From Promethearchaeota archaeon (GTDB lineage: Archaea > Asgardarchaeota > Lokiarchaeia > Sigyniarchaeales > SOKP01): a stretch of 64,000 nt of DNA. The stretch lies in contig JAEOUA010000006.1 of NCBI GenBank assembly GCA_016839555.1, positions 192,001 through 256,000 on the forward strand, given 5' to 3'. The stretch's first letter is position 1. Each line of letters starts with the position of its first letter. This document shows positions 40,926 to 52,154 of the stretch, in pieces. The notes below the pieces were generated by a model. It was not told the DNA's origin. It saw only the letters and a list, made by a program, of their open reading frames with translations, and made no database searches. Position numbers and translations under genes: made by a program.

Positions 40926-40953
40926 GTCAATATTTCTTGACAAAAGGTCAAGA
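40926..40953. promoter_or_regulatory. Inverted-repeat operator candidate upstream of wHTH gene
   Basis: GTCAA-6-TTGAC overlapping perfect TCTTGAC-5-GTCAAGA. Confidence 0.45.
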
Positions 40954-40989
40954 CATTTAGAAATAAATTGATTAATTCTTTTAATATAC

Positions 40990-41457
40990 TTGATAAAAAT
41001 GAATGCAAGTGACATATTTGATAAAATTTCTCATCCAATGCGAATCAATATCCTGAAGGTGTTAGCTAAAAATCCTATGGGCTTTTCCGAGCTTAAAAGA
41101 ACTTTTAATATTAGCAGTAGTGGACAATTAGATTTTCACCTCAAAAAGCTTGATGATCTTATAATGGTAAATGAAAATGGGAATTATGACCTAACGGAAA
41201 GTGGGTATTCCGCTCTCAAAATGTTGAAGATGATTCGAAGGCAAGGATGGCATAAACGATCCTTTCTTATTAATATAGTGGTTTATATTTTATTCAATAG
41301 TTATTTTCTATTTTTATCCTTTTACGGAGGAATTAACATGGAAATCCTAGTGATTTACCTTCCCTTTATTTTACCGATACATACTGGATGGATTATTTTC
41401 TACACCTATTGGACGATTGTGAAACGACGAGTAGATTTTAACACTTATCAAGATTGA
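40990..41457 (+). CDS. ArsR-type winged-HTH regulator with two C-terminal TM helices
   Basis: SHPMRINIL...GFSELK...SSGQLDFHLKKL motif; hydrophobic tail. Confidence 0.85.
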   Translation: MIKMNASDIFDKISHPMRINILKVLAKNPMGFSELKRTFNISSSGQLDFHLKKLDDLIMVNENGNYDLTESGYSALKMLKMIRRQGWHKRSFLINIVVYILFNSYFLFLSFYGGINMEILVIYLPFILPIHTGWIIFYTYWTIVKRRVDFNTYQD

Positions 41458-41599
41458 ATATTTTTCTTTTTTTTTAATAATTGAGTTAATTCATGATAAT
41501 GATATGAAGATATTTTAATATTTGAAGAAATATGTTTTACGCTAATATTAGAACACAGAATGTTTAAAAAAAAAATAAAAAAATAAAATATTTTTAAAA

Positions 41600-43213
41600 T
41601 TACCATATAAAAAATCCAAATAATTGCATCAATATACTTTGAGCAAACACCACGATGAGTAAAATATATTTTTCTCGCCGAGAGATTCTTTTCTCATTTA
41701 GAAATGCCGCTATAGGCAAAAGCAAGAAAATATAAATAAACATAGCACCCCTTGCTGTTTCTCCGTGATCATATGCACCCGTTAGGAAAATGAACACAAT
41801 TGAAATGATTGCTGAGAGTGCAAACATATATATTGTAGAGGAGGTATCATTATTAGCCCTATTACTTCTTAACACGCGTAGACCATAATACATAAGAACA
41901 ATTAAGACAGGTCCAGAGAAAATAAGAATATCTAATATGTTTGAAGCTCTTGTAATTATATAGCTTAATGGAGAGGCGAATGCGAAGCCTTGACTTTCAG
42001 AGGAGGATGTAATGAGAAAATTTTCGAGATAATTAAACCCAGATATGAGAAAAAATAATGTATAAATCAATAAAATGCTTGTACAAATGATAAACAATTT
42101 TGTGCAATTTATTATGTAGGTGATGAATTTATCCTTTCTTTTCATGGTCTTATTAGACTTATTAGTGAAATATGATTTAAGAATTTCAAAAATAAAAAGA
42201 CAAATAAGGATAAAGCCCGCCATAAATGATACAAAGCTTGCTAGAAACCCGCATATCACACACCCTATTATACTTATTTTTGCATTTAGATTGATGTAGA
42301 AATAAAACACACCCAGAATTAAGGTAGTTATAATAGCATAGATGTTTGCTAAATAATATATTTGAATAGCGGGTAATAATAAATAGAGAAATGCCATATA
42401 ATGGGATAATTCTTTGTTAAAAAAACGTTTAAAAATTCCATTAAGAAAATATATCGAAAAAGTAGATGATATAACACATATAGCTATAGCAATAAGCCCA
42501 GGGTCTTTAAAGATTAGATATAGTAAATATATTATACTTACTGCTCCCGGAGGATGAGTCCGCGTATGAGTCCCAAGTGTGGTTTGTATATCATTATAAT
42601 CGCTGATAAATTGAAATACATTCTCTATATTAAGCGCATCATTATATAGTCCACCCATTTCTCCTATTGATCCAGATATCCCAGCAGACCAGCCATTTAT
42701 TAAATTCGAGCAAATAATAAGAATAATCCCTGAAATAGTGATAATCCATAGTTTGTTATATTTTTCATCTTTATAAATAAAATATGTGATTAAAAAGAAT
42801 AGAACCCCTGTTCCCATAAATACACTGAATTGAAGGATGTTTGGTATAGAAAAATATCCCCATATAGGCCAGATCCTAAAATTGGTGGGCATTGGAAATC
42901 TTCTTCCTATCGGGGGTACTCTAGCTAATTGATTATTTGGGGGTACTGGTATAGTTAATTAAATTCCCAGAGGGAGCTTGGCTCTCATTTGATTTGCCAC
43001 ATTCACTCCAGCAAGAGGCACATTAAAAAGTACTGCAAGAAAATAGAAAAAACATATGAATCCAATGAGAGCAAATATAGCTAAAATGTAATTAAATATA
43101 TTTTCAGAGCCGAAAAGCTTCATTAAATCTTCCGAATTAGAGTTATTAATATCTAAAATTTTAGATTTTTTATTATAATTTGTTTTATTTTCCATTTCTT
43201 TCAATTCATTCAT
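41600..43213 (-). pseudogene. GT-C-type (PMT-like) membrane glycosyltransferase interrupted by in-frame TAA at 42959-42961
   Basis: ORFs 42959-43213 and 41600-42892 share a frame and the 66 nt between them are open; HTRTHPPG and GETARG motifs. Confidence 0.65.
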
Positions 43214-43318
43214 CTTTTATACTCCATCTAAATAATCATAAAATGTTTATTCTAATTATTAACCAATTCCAAATTAAATATTAAAAAAAATATAAAAAAT
43301 AAAAAAACATAATAAAAT

Positions 43319-44299
43319 TTAAGATTCCATTCGTTCGAGCGATTCTTTGAACTTCTTGTTTCTTTTTACCCTCTTGATAATGATATACGATACGACTGCC
43401 ACTATAGCGATAATAATGATTCCTAAGATGAGCCAGACTATCCAGCGCATATTACTATAATCAGTGGTAATTCCATAGAAAGGCATATTATTTTCATCCA
43501 AGAAGATAATATAAGAGCTTAATCCCATCTCATCAAAACCTATCCTAACGGTATAGTTTGAAACCCCTTCCAAATCCAGAATGAGCTCATTATTTCCCAT
43601 CCTTACATCCTCATCATTGAAAAGATCTACAAGAATATATAAATAAAAATTAGCCGGAGTCGCGACCGCGCTTTGATTGACAAAGAAATGAAATAAAAAT
43701 TCTTCGGCAGTAAAGTTAGAGAGTTGGGGCGTATAAGGATTGGTGTCATTGTTAACATGCTCGACATAGGAATTATAATCATCGAAAAATTTTTTTAAAT
43801 ACTGAGGATATTGGAAGACATAAAAGACTTGTGGTCTGCTTGTATCATCTTCAAATGCAGGGGTAGTATATATTTGATTTACCACATACAAGCCAAAATA
43901 ATTCTTATCAATATATGTCTTATTAAATTGGCTATTTAAGATTCCTAATTGCTTTCTTGGAATTAAGAAATAGGTAAATATTTCTGATGCATTCCAAATA
44001 TCATTGCTCCAGCTCCTTATTACAAATTCACCTGAGAGGCCGGGAAGTATTGAATAGTCTCCAAAATAGTTGTTTGGGAGATATGAACTGCTTACTGTAG
44101 AGTTCCATGAATTATAATTGAATAGAGCGATTTTCTTTTCCACGCTAGTCTTTTCAAGGTTGCTTTCCGGTGTTAAAGTTATAGGTTGCCCCATACCAGG
44201 ACGAGGACCGCTTATTGAAAAGATAATCCCTGGAAGGAAAAAAAGCCCTATTAAAACGACAACTACAACAATTATTATGATCTTCTTCTTTTTTTCCAT
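43319..44299 (-). CDS. Surface/membrane protein with N- and C-terminal TM anchors
   Basis: Hydrophobic termini, many NxS/T sequons; follows ABC genes. Confidence 0.6.
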   Translation of the reverse strand: MEKKKKIIIIVVVVVLIGLFFLPGIIFSISGPRPGMGQPITLTPESNLEKTSVEKKIALFNYNSWNSTVSSSYLPNNYFGDYSILPGLSGEFVIRSWSNDIWNASEIFTYFLIPRKQLGILNSQFNKTYIDKNYFGLYVVNQIYTTPAFEDDTSRPQVFYVFQYPQYLKKFFDDYNSYVEHVNNDTNPYTPQLSNFTAEEFLFHFFVNQSAVATPANFYLYILVDLFNDEDVRMGNNELILDLEGVSNYTVRIGFDEMGLSSYIIFLDENNMPFYGITTDYSNMRWIVWLILGIIIIAIVAVVSYIIIKRVKRNKKFKESLERMES

Positions 44300-44335
44300 A
44301 TTTTTACCTCGTCAACTTTTTTTTAAGTTTTAATT

Positions 44336-45187
44336 TCATAATTGTTTCCTCTTGAAAATTATTGCTGCTAAAGTGAAAGAGACTCCCGCATAGATCAGCA
44401 TAATTAATATCCCCGCTAAAATCGTAGGTGTTTGCCATGTCCTCATAGCAAACCTTCCAAATGATATCTCAGTAAATCTTTCTTCAACTGTGGTAGGGAA
44501 GTCTTCATAAATAATCGAACCCATTAATCTGCCAGCATAATCTAATGAGTAAAGAGGTTCTATTTCCGGAGAGAGTAGCGTTAAGAGCTGTGTAACTATA
44601 CTAAAACCCACAAGCAAAACCAATATAGAGGATATAATCGTTATATTTACTGTTTTCATAACAGAGCTAAATAAAACAACCACACAACTTACAGAAAAGA
44701 TAAATAACAAAGCAATTCCGAAGGAATAAAAAATGGTAATAGGGATGGGGCCTCCATAATAGTAAAAACCAGCTAATATTGCTATAAAATAAAAAATTGC
44801 CGATAATCCAATCATTAAAGTATAATTCGCAAAATATTTTCCAATAATCAATTTATACCTATTTATTTTCGGAAACATGATATATCCCGTTTCATTATCA
44901 TATTCTGAGCAAATAATACCAGAGAATAAAAGACATATGGCGAAAATGAGCATATAAGAAAAAATACTGACTGGACCTCCTCCAATACTGTTATTCAAAT
45001 ATTCAATGAGATTTTCTGGAAGTGGATTTCCAGAAACTAAAGAGTTTGGTAATACGCATGATATTAAACCTACAGCAACCATGACTATTGCGAAAAATAC
45101 GAACTTTTTCCATTGTTTCTTTAATATGAAAAAATATGTATAAGAAATGGGACGGAGTTCCCGTGACAAATAACTTAATGTTTTCAT
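44336..45187 (-). CDS. ABC-2 type transporter permease
   Basis: Six TM helices; SEYDNETG...KINRYKLIIGKY motif. Confidence 0.88.
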   Translation of the reverse strand: MKTLSYLSRELRPISYTYFFILKKQWKKFVFFAIVMVAVGLISCVLPNSLVSGNPLPENLIEYLNNSIGGGPVSIFSYMLIFAICLLFSGIICSEYDNETGYIMFPKINRYKLIIGKYFANYTLMIGLSAIFYFIAILAGFYYYGGPIPITIFYSFGIALLFIFSVSCVVVLFSSVMKTVNITIISSILVLLVGFSIVTQLLTLLSPEIEPLYSLDYAGRLMGSIIYEDFPTTVEERFTEISFGRFAMRTWQTPTILAGILIMLIYAGVSFTLAAIIFKRKQL

Positions 45188-46239
45188 TATATTACCCTCC
45201 CTTCTTCTATTTGAGATCGAGTAGGCTCTTTTTGGATTAATTCTTCATATATTCTTTCTAATTGAGCTGTTCTAGGTTGAGAGAATGATGTAACTTTAAA
45301 ATCAGATTGGAATTCTTGTAATAAAATTTTTAGTATTTCCGCTTTCGACTCATTTTTGCCGTCAAAATAGATTCTAAATTCTTTAGTTAGTGGATAATAA
45401 TTTATAGATTGTTTAGATATATTAGGATCTAAACTTTTAACCAAATAGGGATTTAATTTCTGGATCATCTTATTTTGTATTTCTGGTAAATCTGCCTCCT
45501 TTATCTCATTAAGAATGTTTACAATTACTTCATTTGTTCTCAGATTTACTCCTAAATTTTCAATCGTATCAAATTTAATTATTTTGCCAAGATTAATCAA
45601 AGCAATCTTATTGCAAATTTCCGAAATTTCATGAAGAAGATGAGAAGCTAGAAAAATAGTTTTTCCTCTCGCTTGTAATAGTTTTAAGAACCTTCGAAGC
45701 TCGAGTCGAGCATTAGGATCTAAGCCCATTTGTGGTTCATCCAGAATAATAATCTCAGGATCATGGATTATTGCTTGAATAATTCCTAGTTTTTGATTCA
45801 TCCCTTTAGAGAACTTATCAACTCTGGTATATTTCCATTGGTATAGATTAAAAAGTTTAAGCAATTCATCTATGCGATCATCTATTTTATTCCTTGGATA
45901 ATCAGTAAGTTTCGCAAAATACTTCAATAAATCATATGCTGTCATTTTATAAAAGGAGGGGATATCGATTAGAAAGCCCTGAGGTATTAAGTGTCGTGAA
46001 TTTTTCACGAGATTTTGAAGATTCCCCTTCTGATTTTTTATTAGAATTTCCCCTTTATCCGGTTTTAGGATATTTGCGATCATTTTTATGGTTGTTGTTT
46101 TTCCGGCTCCATTTGGACCAACCAATCCGATGAGCTCACCTTTTTGAACTTCCAGATTTATATTATCCACTGCTTTTAGTTTTCCATAGCTTTTACTTAA
46201 ATTAACCAGTTTCAAAATAGTTTCAGATATTGTTTTCAC
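45187..46239 (-). CDS. ABC transporter ATP-binding protein
   Basis: GPNGAGKTT, FSKGMNQK, ILDEP and SH motifs. Confidence 0.95.
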   Translation of the reverse strand: MKTISETILKLVNLSKSYGKLKAVDNINLEVQKGELIGLVGPNGAGKTTTIKMIANILKPDKGEILIKNQKGNLQNLVKNSRHLIPQGFLIDIPSFYKMTAYDLLKYFAKLTDYPRNKIDDRIDELLKLFNLYQWKYTRVDKFSKGMNQKLGIIQAIIHDPEIIILDEPQMGLDPNARLELRRFLKLLQARGKTIFLASHLLHEISEICNKIALINLGKIIKFDTIENLGVNLRTNEVIVNILNEIKEADLPEIQNKMIQKLNPYLVKSLDPNISKQSINYYPLTKEFRIYFDGKNESKAEILKILLQEFQSDFKVTSFSQPRTAQLERIYEELIQKEPTRSQIEEGRVI

Positions 46240-46563
46240 CTTTTTTCATAATCTCTTTCGAGTTTTTTAGTAGTTTTTATTTGATTTTTTTTAAAGTATA
46301 ATTATTTGAAGGATAAGTGCTTGTTTTTTAATAGATAATTTAGACCTTTTTCAAATAATTTTTTAGAGATTATTCTAATTTAAAAGGTAAAAATTATTAT
46401 AGATACTTAAATGCTTTCGCACCAATCTTCCAATAAAAGGTTGTTATCAGACCATTGGTATGAAATATTTTAAGAATAATTATAAATAATTATATTAGGA
46501 TAGCATTAATACAATGGCTTTAGCAGAGTGAACCTAATATAACTTCATCATTCCCTTTAAGAT

Positions 46564-46881
46564 TTGATTACAATGGATAAGAAAAAATATAGAACTGCAA
46601 ATATCATTATTCAGACCATTTTAGAGGGAATTATAAGAGCAGAGCGAAACAGAGCAAATGAAAAAAAGGGAATTGTGAAATCTCATCTCATTGATTATTG
46701 TAAATTAAAAACTTCAACCGCAGAGAAATATTTATCAAAATTAATAAATGCGGGATATATTGATTCTTATGAGGAACCATGGGGTGAGAGAACTATTAAT
46801 ATTTATAAAACGACAGAAAAAGGCAGAGAACGATATGAATGGTTTGTAAAGATTAATACAGAGATGGGGGAAACAATTTAA
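46564..46881 (+). CDS. Archaeal winged-HTH regulator
   Basis: YRTANIII..IL...KYLSKL...YKTTEKG pattern. Confidence 0.8.
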   Translation: MITMDKKKYRTANIIIQTILEGIIRAERNRANEKKGIVKSHLIDYCKLKTSTAEKYLSKLINAGYIDSYEEPWGERTINIYKTTEKGRERYEWFVKINTEMGETI

Positions 46882-46916
46882 TGAATGAATATAAAAAAAT
46901 AAAAATATAAGTTAGA

Positions 46917-47630
46917 ATGAAATTGACTGAAAAAGAAAAAAATAATAAAAATAATCTAGAAAAAAAATCTTCGTGGTACTTAAAATTAGAAGAAAGTGGA
47001 ATAAATTATATCAATAAATATAAATATTATTTGATTTTAAGCGCTTTACTTCCAATATTTCTTATTATTATTCAAATAATCAATACCTCTTTCATTGCAT
47101 TAGTAGAAAAGGATATACCGCTAATAGGCTTCAAGTATTTGATAGGATTTGAAATATTTGCTCCAAGATTTAAACTGATGACTATATCAGTGATTGGTTT
47201 GGTTAAATTTATTTACCTATTTAACTGGAATAGAAAGCTTATTGATTATCGAGAACAATATAAAAATTTCATGAAAAATAACAATTCCGTGAAGGAGGAA
47301 CCCCTCCCAAAAGAAAGTTTTCCTCTTACCAGATTATTTTATGAGATTATCTCACAAATGAAGATTTCCAAGGTAATCTTCATTCTTATTAATGTAATTT
47401 GCTTTGTCTATTTTTTCTGGAATTTTGTATTTTTCTTAGTATCTCCTCCCATCCCTCAACCATTATTTCCATTATTTCGTATAATTGGATTATTTAATTT
47501 TATCTCTCAGTTGATTTTGATTGCTTATTTAATTTTTGAATGGAGACACTTTTATCGTTGGAATAAAAAATTAAAGAAACTATCTAATTTTGAGAAAAAA
47601 ATATATTCCGAATTATTTCAATCTGAATAA
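46917..47630 (+). CDS. Hypothetical 4-TM membrane protein
   Basis: Two TM pairs plus RWNKKLKKL tail. Confidence 0.65.
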   Translation: MKLTEKEKNNKNNLEKKSSWYLKLEESGINYINKYKYYLILSALLPIFLIIIQIINTSFIALVEKDIPLIGFKYLIGFEIFAPRFKLMTISVIGLVKFIYLFNWNRKLIDYREQYKNFMKNNNSVKEEPLPKESFPLTRLFYEIISQMKISKVIFILINVICFVYFFWNFVFFLVSPPIPQPLFPLFRIIGLFNFISQLILIAYLIFEWRHFYRWNKKLKKLSNFEKKIYSELFQSE

Positions 47631-47759
47631 TATAAGAAATTTCTCAAATTATTTTTTCTAAGTAAAAATATTTTCAATTCTCTCTAATTACTCATAATTA
47701 GATATTTTAATTTTCAAGATTTATCTGTTTTAAAATTAATAAAAATTATATAAATTAAA

Positions 47760-48680
47760 GTGTTTTTTTTGAGTCATAATGAAAGAAAAGCTAAAGAAAT
47801 AGATAATGCAATAATTCATATTGATCTAGAGGGCTGCATTAAATGTAAAGCTTGTATAGATGTATGTCCAGCACGATTATATTATTTTAAATCGGATCAA
47901 TTGCAAATTTTGGATATATTTGAGGATACCTGTATTGAATGCGGGCATTGCACTGCTATATGCCCGGTGGAAGTTATTCACTTAAAAATTCATCAAGATA
48001 AACTATTAGAAAACGTTAAACCAAGAGAAAGTCTTCCCTCCTATGAAGAATTTTATAATCTATCATTTAATAGGAGATCTATAAGGCAATTCAAAGAAGA
48101 GCCTATTCCTAAAGATCTATTCGAAAAATTATTAAAAATCGTTAATTATTCACCTACTGCAAGTAATAGCGAGAATGTGTGTCTAACTATCATACAAGAT
48201 AAACAAAGAGTATCAAAAATTTCGGAAACTATTACCACTCAAATGAAAAATTTTATTACATTAGCCGAGACACCCCAAGGACAAAAGGCATTAGAAGAAA
48301 TGCTATCAAAACAAGTATATAAGACGGCAATGGAGCGTCTCCCACAAATTAAGGACATCCTTAAGATTATTAATCAAGGAGTAGATTTCTGGTGTTGGAA
48401 TGGTGAACTTATTATTTTGCATGGGGACATAGAAACAGATTTTATAAAAGAAAATTGTTCATTAGCTGCGGCCCATATAATGCTTGCTGCAGAATTATTG
48501 GATTTGGCTACTTGTTCCTTAGGTTTTCTTACTTATTTCTCTAATCAATTTCCACAAATTAAAAAATTATTAAAGGTCCCAAATAAAAATCATATTGGAT
48601 ATGCTCTCGCTATAGGATATCCTGATGTTGAGTATAAAAGGATTCCAGCGAGAAAACCACTAAAAATAGAATGGATTTGA
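47760..48680 (+). CDS. Nitroreductase-family protein with N-terminal 2x[4Fe-4S] ferredoxin
   Basis: CIKCKACIDVCP, CIECGHCTAICP, RRSIR and SPTASN motifs. Confidence 0.93.
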   Translation: MFFLSHNERKAKEIDNAIIHIDLEGCIKCKACIDVCPARLYYFKSDQLQILDIFEDTCIECGHCTAICPVEVIHLKIHQDKLLENVKPRESLPSYEEFYNLSFNRRSIRQFKEEPIPKDLFEKLLKIVNYSPTASNSENVCLTIIQDKQRVSKISETITTQMKNFITLAETPQGQKALEEMLSKQVYKTAMERLPQIKDILKIINQGVDFWCWNGELIILHGDIETDFIKENCSLAAAHIMLAAELLDLATCSLGFLTYFSNQFPQIKKLLKVPNKNHIGYALAIGYPDVEYKRIPARKPLKIEWI

Positions 48681-48706
48681 TTTAACTTTAAGGTGATCCA
48701 AAAAAA

Positions 48707-48991
48707 ATGAAAGAGATAGTATTGAGAGATGAAAAATGGGGGGAAAATGAGCATCATATTTTAAAGGCAGTGTTAAAGGATAATGGTGAATTAGTGTTTG
48801 AGGGTATTGATATGGGAGATTCGGTTAAGGAAAGGTTTGATGATTTTGATTTTGAATACTGGCATACCATAGAAGAAAAATACATACACGATATTTTGTT
48901 ATTTCTCATTAAAGAGAAATTTAATAAAATCTCAGAAGTGTTAAAGTGGTTAAAAAGTAAAAATATTCCCTATACTTCTCAGAGTTTTTAG
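48707..48991 (+). CDS. Hypothetical protein
   Basis: 94-aa ORF with upstream GGTGA RBS. Confidence 0.6.
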   Translation: MKEIVLRDEKWGENEHHILKAVLKDNGELVFEGIDMGDSVKERFDDFDFEYWHTIEEKYIHDILLFLIKEKFNKISEVLKWLKSKNIPYTSQSF

Positions 48992-49015
48992 CGCATTTTT
49001 TTAAGAACTTTATAA

Positions 49016-50509
49016 TTATCTTTCTAATTTTTTACCCCTAATCATGCTAAATTCTACATTATCTCCCGTTTTTTCTCTCCATTTTTTTAGTCTGTTTTTC
49101 ATATCTTCGAGCATATCTTTATAATCATTTTTATTAATTAAATTTTGTAATTCCCAAGGATCATTTTTTAAATCATAGAGTTCATCCATATATCCTTCAT
49201 TATAGATATATTTATAGCGGTCAGTAATCACTAATCTTCCCACAATAGTAGTAAAATGGCCATGGGTTTCGACGAAAAGATCTTCCCTCCAGTCAATATC
49301 CGCTTTCGTACATAGGGGCAAAAGACTTTTGCCATCGATGGGGTTATCAAATGATGTTTCTGCAATATCTAAAAAAGTGGGTCCGTAATCTACATTGCTT
49401 ACTAAATTCTCGCAGGGTCCCGGCTCAAATAAATCGGGATATCTCATAGCTAAGGGAACTCGTATTAATTCTTGTGGCATATAAGCATCTTTATCAAAAT
49501 GTCCTCCATGACATGCAAGCGCATCGCCATGGTCAGCTGCCCATATGACAACTGTATTGTCTGTTAGTCCCAATTCATCTAATGTATTTAAAAGAATACC
49601 ACCTGCTTCATCAATTAAAGTTTGTTCAGCGTAATTTACTGCTAATACTTTTTGCCATTCTTCCCATGGTAAGGGATTTGGTAAAATAAGTTGTTTATCT
49701 TTACTTAAGAGATATCCATTTTGTTTTTTATAGAGTTCTGGCTTACTATCCAAATGATCTATAAAATTAGGGTGCTGAGGGATTTTTTCAGGATCATACA
49801 TATCTATATATTCTTGAGATGCAACATATGGCTCATGCGGACCCCAAAAATCAATACGCATATGAAATGGTTGCTTATTTCCCTCTTTTGCGATTTTTTT
49901 TAAAGTATCACACGCCATACTCACCAAAAAAAAAGCCTCATGAGTTTCTTTTGGCGTGGTCATTACAGAGGAGACATATTCTGAATACGCCGGAAATTTG
50001 AAAGAATAGAGATCTCCCTCTTTTATTCCGAGATTTCTCGAAATAGGGTCAATAAAATTCTTTTTAATACGAACTTGAATATATTCCAAATCATTTTCTT
50101 TTAAATACTTCTTATATTCGGGAGTGGTGTAGGGATTTCCATATCCAGGTACAGAAAACCCTTTACAATTGAAATCCAAAGCCGTACCTCTTCCCGCATG
50201 CCACTTACCAAAATAATAGTTTTCATAGCCTGCATGCGCTAATTTATCAAAATATAATTCATCTTTATAATCTTCATTTGACTCATTTTTTATTTCACCA
50301 TGATTATGCGGATAAAGCCCCGTTAAAAGGGTTCTTCGAGCAGGTCCACATAGGGGGGATGCAGTATAAGAATTGGTGAACTCAACCCCTTCTTTCGCTA
50401 CTCTCTCAAAGTTCGGTTTATGAATCTCTGGACCATGACCCATTTGCCCATGCCCATAATATGCCTTATGATCTTCAAAAAGTAGAATAATATTTGGTTT
50501 TTTGCTCAT
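49016..50509 (-). CDS. Cys-type formylglycine-dependent sulfatase
   Basis: KPNII, PLCGPARRTLLTG (CxPxR), GKWH, ADHG and ELYDLKNDPWE motifs. Confidence 0.93.
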   Translation of the reverse strand: MSKKPNIILLFEDHKAYYGHGQMGHGPEIHKPNFERVAKEGVEFTNSYTASPLCGPARRTLLTGLYPHNHGEIKNESNEDYKDELYFDKLAHAGYENYYFGKWHAGRGTALDFNCKGFSVPGYGNPYTTPEYKKYLKENDLEYIQVRIKKNFIDPISRNLGIKEGDLYSFKFPAYSEYVSSVMTTPKETHEAFFLVSMACDTLKKIAKEGNKQPFHMRIDFWGPHEPYVASQEYIDMYDPEKIPQHPNFIDHLDSKPELYKKQNGYLLSKDKQLILPNPLPWEEWQKVLAVNYAEQTLIDEAGGILLNTLDELGLTDNTVVIWAADHGDALACHGGHFDKDAYMPQELIRVPLAMRYPDLFEPGPCENLVSNVDYGPTFLDIAETSFDNPIDGKSLLPLCTKADIDWREDLFVETHGHFTTIVGRLVITDRYKYIYNEGYMDELYDLKNDPWELQNLINKNDYKDMLEDMKNRLKKWREKTGDNVEFSMIRGKKLER

Positions 50510-50867
50510 ATTACTTAATTTAATTTTAAAAAATTATATAGTTTTTTTATTATATTCCTATAGTGAATAAAAAAGTATTAAGGTTTTTAAAAAGAGATTA
50601 AATTATACACTAACTCTCATCAGTTTTATAATCAATAGGTACTTGGATTTCAGTTATTTATTCTTCTTGCTTTTTTTCTCTAAGATTAGTTAAAAAAATA
50701 AAGTTTTTTAAAATAAAGAAAATAATAGGATTATAGTTTAAAATTCTTATTTATATATTTTTTAATTATATAAAATATATTTTCAATTTTAATATCATAT
50801 CTTATCAACAGATTTAGTAAAAAATTTGTATTAACCTTCCTTAAAAGGTATAAGAATATAGAAATAC

Positions 50868-51449
50868 TTGAAGAGTATGGATGAATTAATAAAAATATTA
50901 CGAAATTCGATTGAAGGGGAAAAAGTAGCAAATTTTAAATATGAATTATTTTCAGAACAAGCACTAAAAGAAAATTTGCCAGTGATTGCGTATGTATTTA
51001 AGGTAGTAGCATATGCAGAAACCATCCATTTAAGGATTCATATGGATTCCCTTGAACGAATTAAAGAAGATTCTTCGGCAATCGAAAAACAAATACAAAT
51101 AAATAAAGTAGAATTGAAAAATCAAGTCAATAGGACAATAGTAAACTTATTAAATTCTCGAGTAAGTGAAACTTTTGAATTTTTAGATAAATACAGGAAT
51201 TTTGCGTTAATAGCAAAAAAATACCAGGAACCGATAATCGAAAAGAATTTTTCAAACGTAAAACGAGCAGAACGTTCTCATGCTGAATTATTTCAAGATT
51301 ATTTGATTTTTCTGGATGATAATAAAGAAATCGAATTTAAAAAACTCTATGTTTGCGAGAAATGTGGGACTGTTAGAACCGAAATTCCATCAGAAAGATG
51401 TCCAGGTTGTGAAAATCTTTCTAATTTCTTTATTGAAATACATAAATAG
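50868..51449 (+). CDS. Rubrerythrin-family protein
   Basis: GE, AETIH, AERSH and CEKC...CPGC motifs. Confidence 0.88.
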   Translation: MKSMDELIKILRNSIEGEKVANFKYELFSEQALKENLPVIAYVFKVVAYAETIHLRIHMDSLERIKEDSSAIEKQIQINKVELKNQVNRTIVNLLNSRVSETFEFLDKYRNFALIAKKYQEPIIEKNFSNVKRAERSHAELFQDYLIFLDDNKEIEFKKLYVCEKCGTVRTEIPSERCPGCENLSNFFIEIHK

Positions 51450-51613
51450 CTCATTATTTATACGCTCTTTCTATCGTAACATATCAGAATTTAGGACCAT
51501 TTTATCGAGATTAATAAAATATTATTTCAAGATATAAAAAATATAATAAACATATTTTATTTGAGCTTTTATTATCAAATTGTAATTTATCCCAATATAT
51601 AGGAGTTTAATAG

Positions 51614-52075
51614 ATGTTGGAATTAAATCAAGAGAAAATTCATGTAAAATCTAAGCCAGAATTAGAAAAAAAGGAGTCATTTATTCCCAGAATGTATAGC
51701 CTCACTCATTCTGATATCACTGGTGATTTATTCCTAACGGTTGATATGGAGTATGAGGAGGAGGAGCTTTCCAATTTTTATACTAAAATAATGCGTGATG
51801 AAGTGCTAGCACAATGGCAGATCAACAATGGAGTAGATGAATTTCATATATATGTTCATGTAAGTGGAGGATTCGTCATTAGATGGGCGGGAATGAGAGA
51901 TAGAATCCTCCGGCATTATTTACCTCATACAATAAGAGTTATGAGATATGGTGATGCTCAATTGTTTGATACATTTCCTTTTTTGGATGACGCACCTATC
52001 TTCGTTCATTTTAAATCAAATAAAAAAAAATATAATAAAGTTGAGAAATACGGGATATTTAAAGACTATACCTAA
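51614..52075 (+). CDS. Staygreen (SGR, Mg-dechelatase) homolog
   Basis: PRMYSLTHSDITGDLFLTV, RDEVLAQW, HVSGG, YGD and PIFVHFKS motifs. Confidence 0.9.
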   Translation: MLELNQEKIHVKSKPELEKKESFIPRMYSLTHSDITGDLFLTVDMEYEEEELSNFYTKIMRDEVLAQWQINNGVDEFHIYVHVSGGFVIRWAGMRDRILRHYLPHTIRVMRYGDAQLFDTFPFLDDAPIFVHFKSNKKKYNKVEKYGIFKDYT

Positions 52076-52154
52076 TTTAGATTAGTTTATAGCGAATAAC
52101 AGGTTTCATATAATTCTATTTGTATTTAAAAAATATTACAAAAGGTACATAAAA

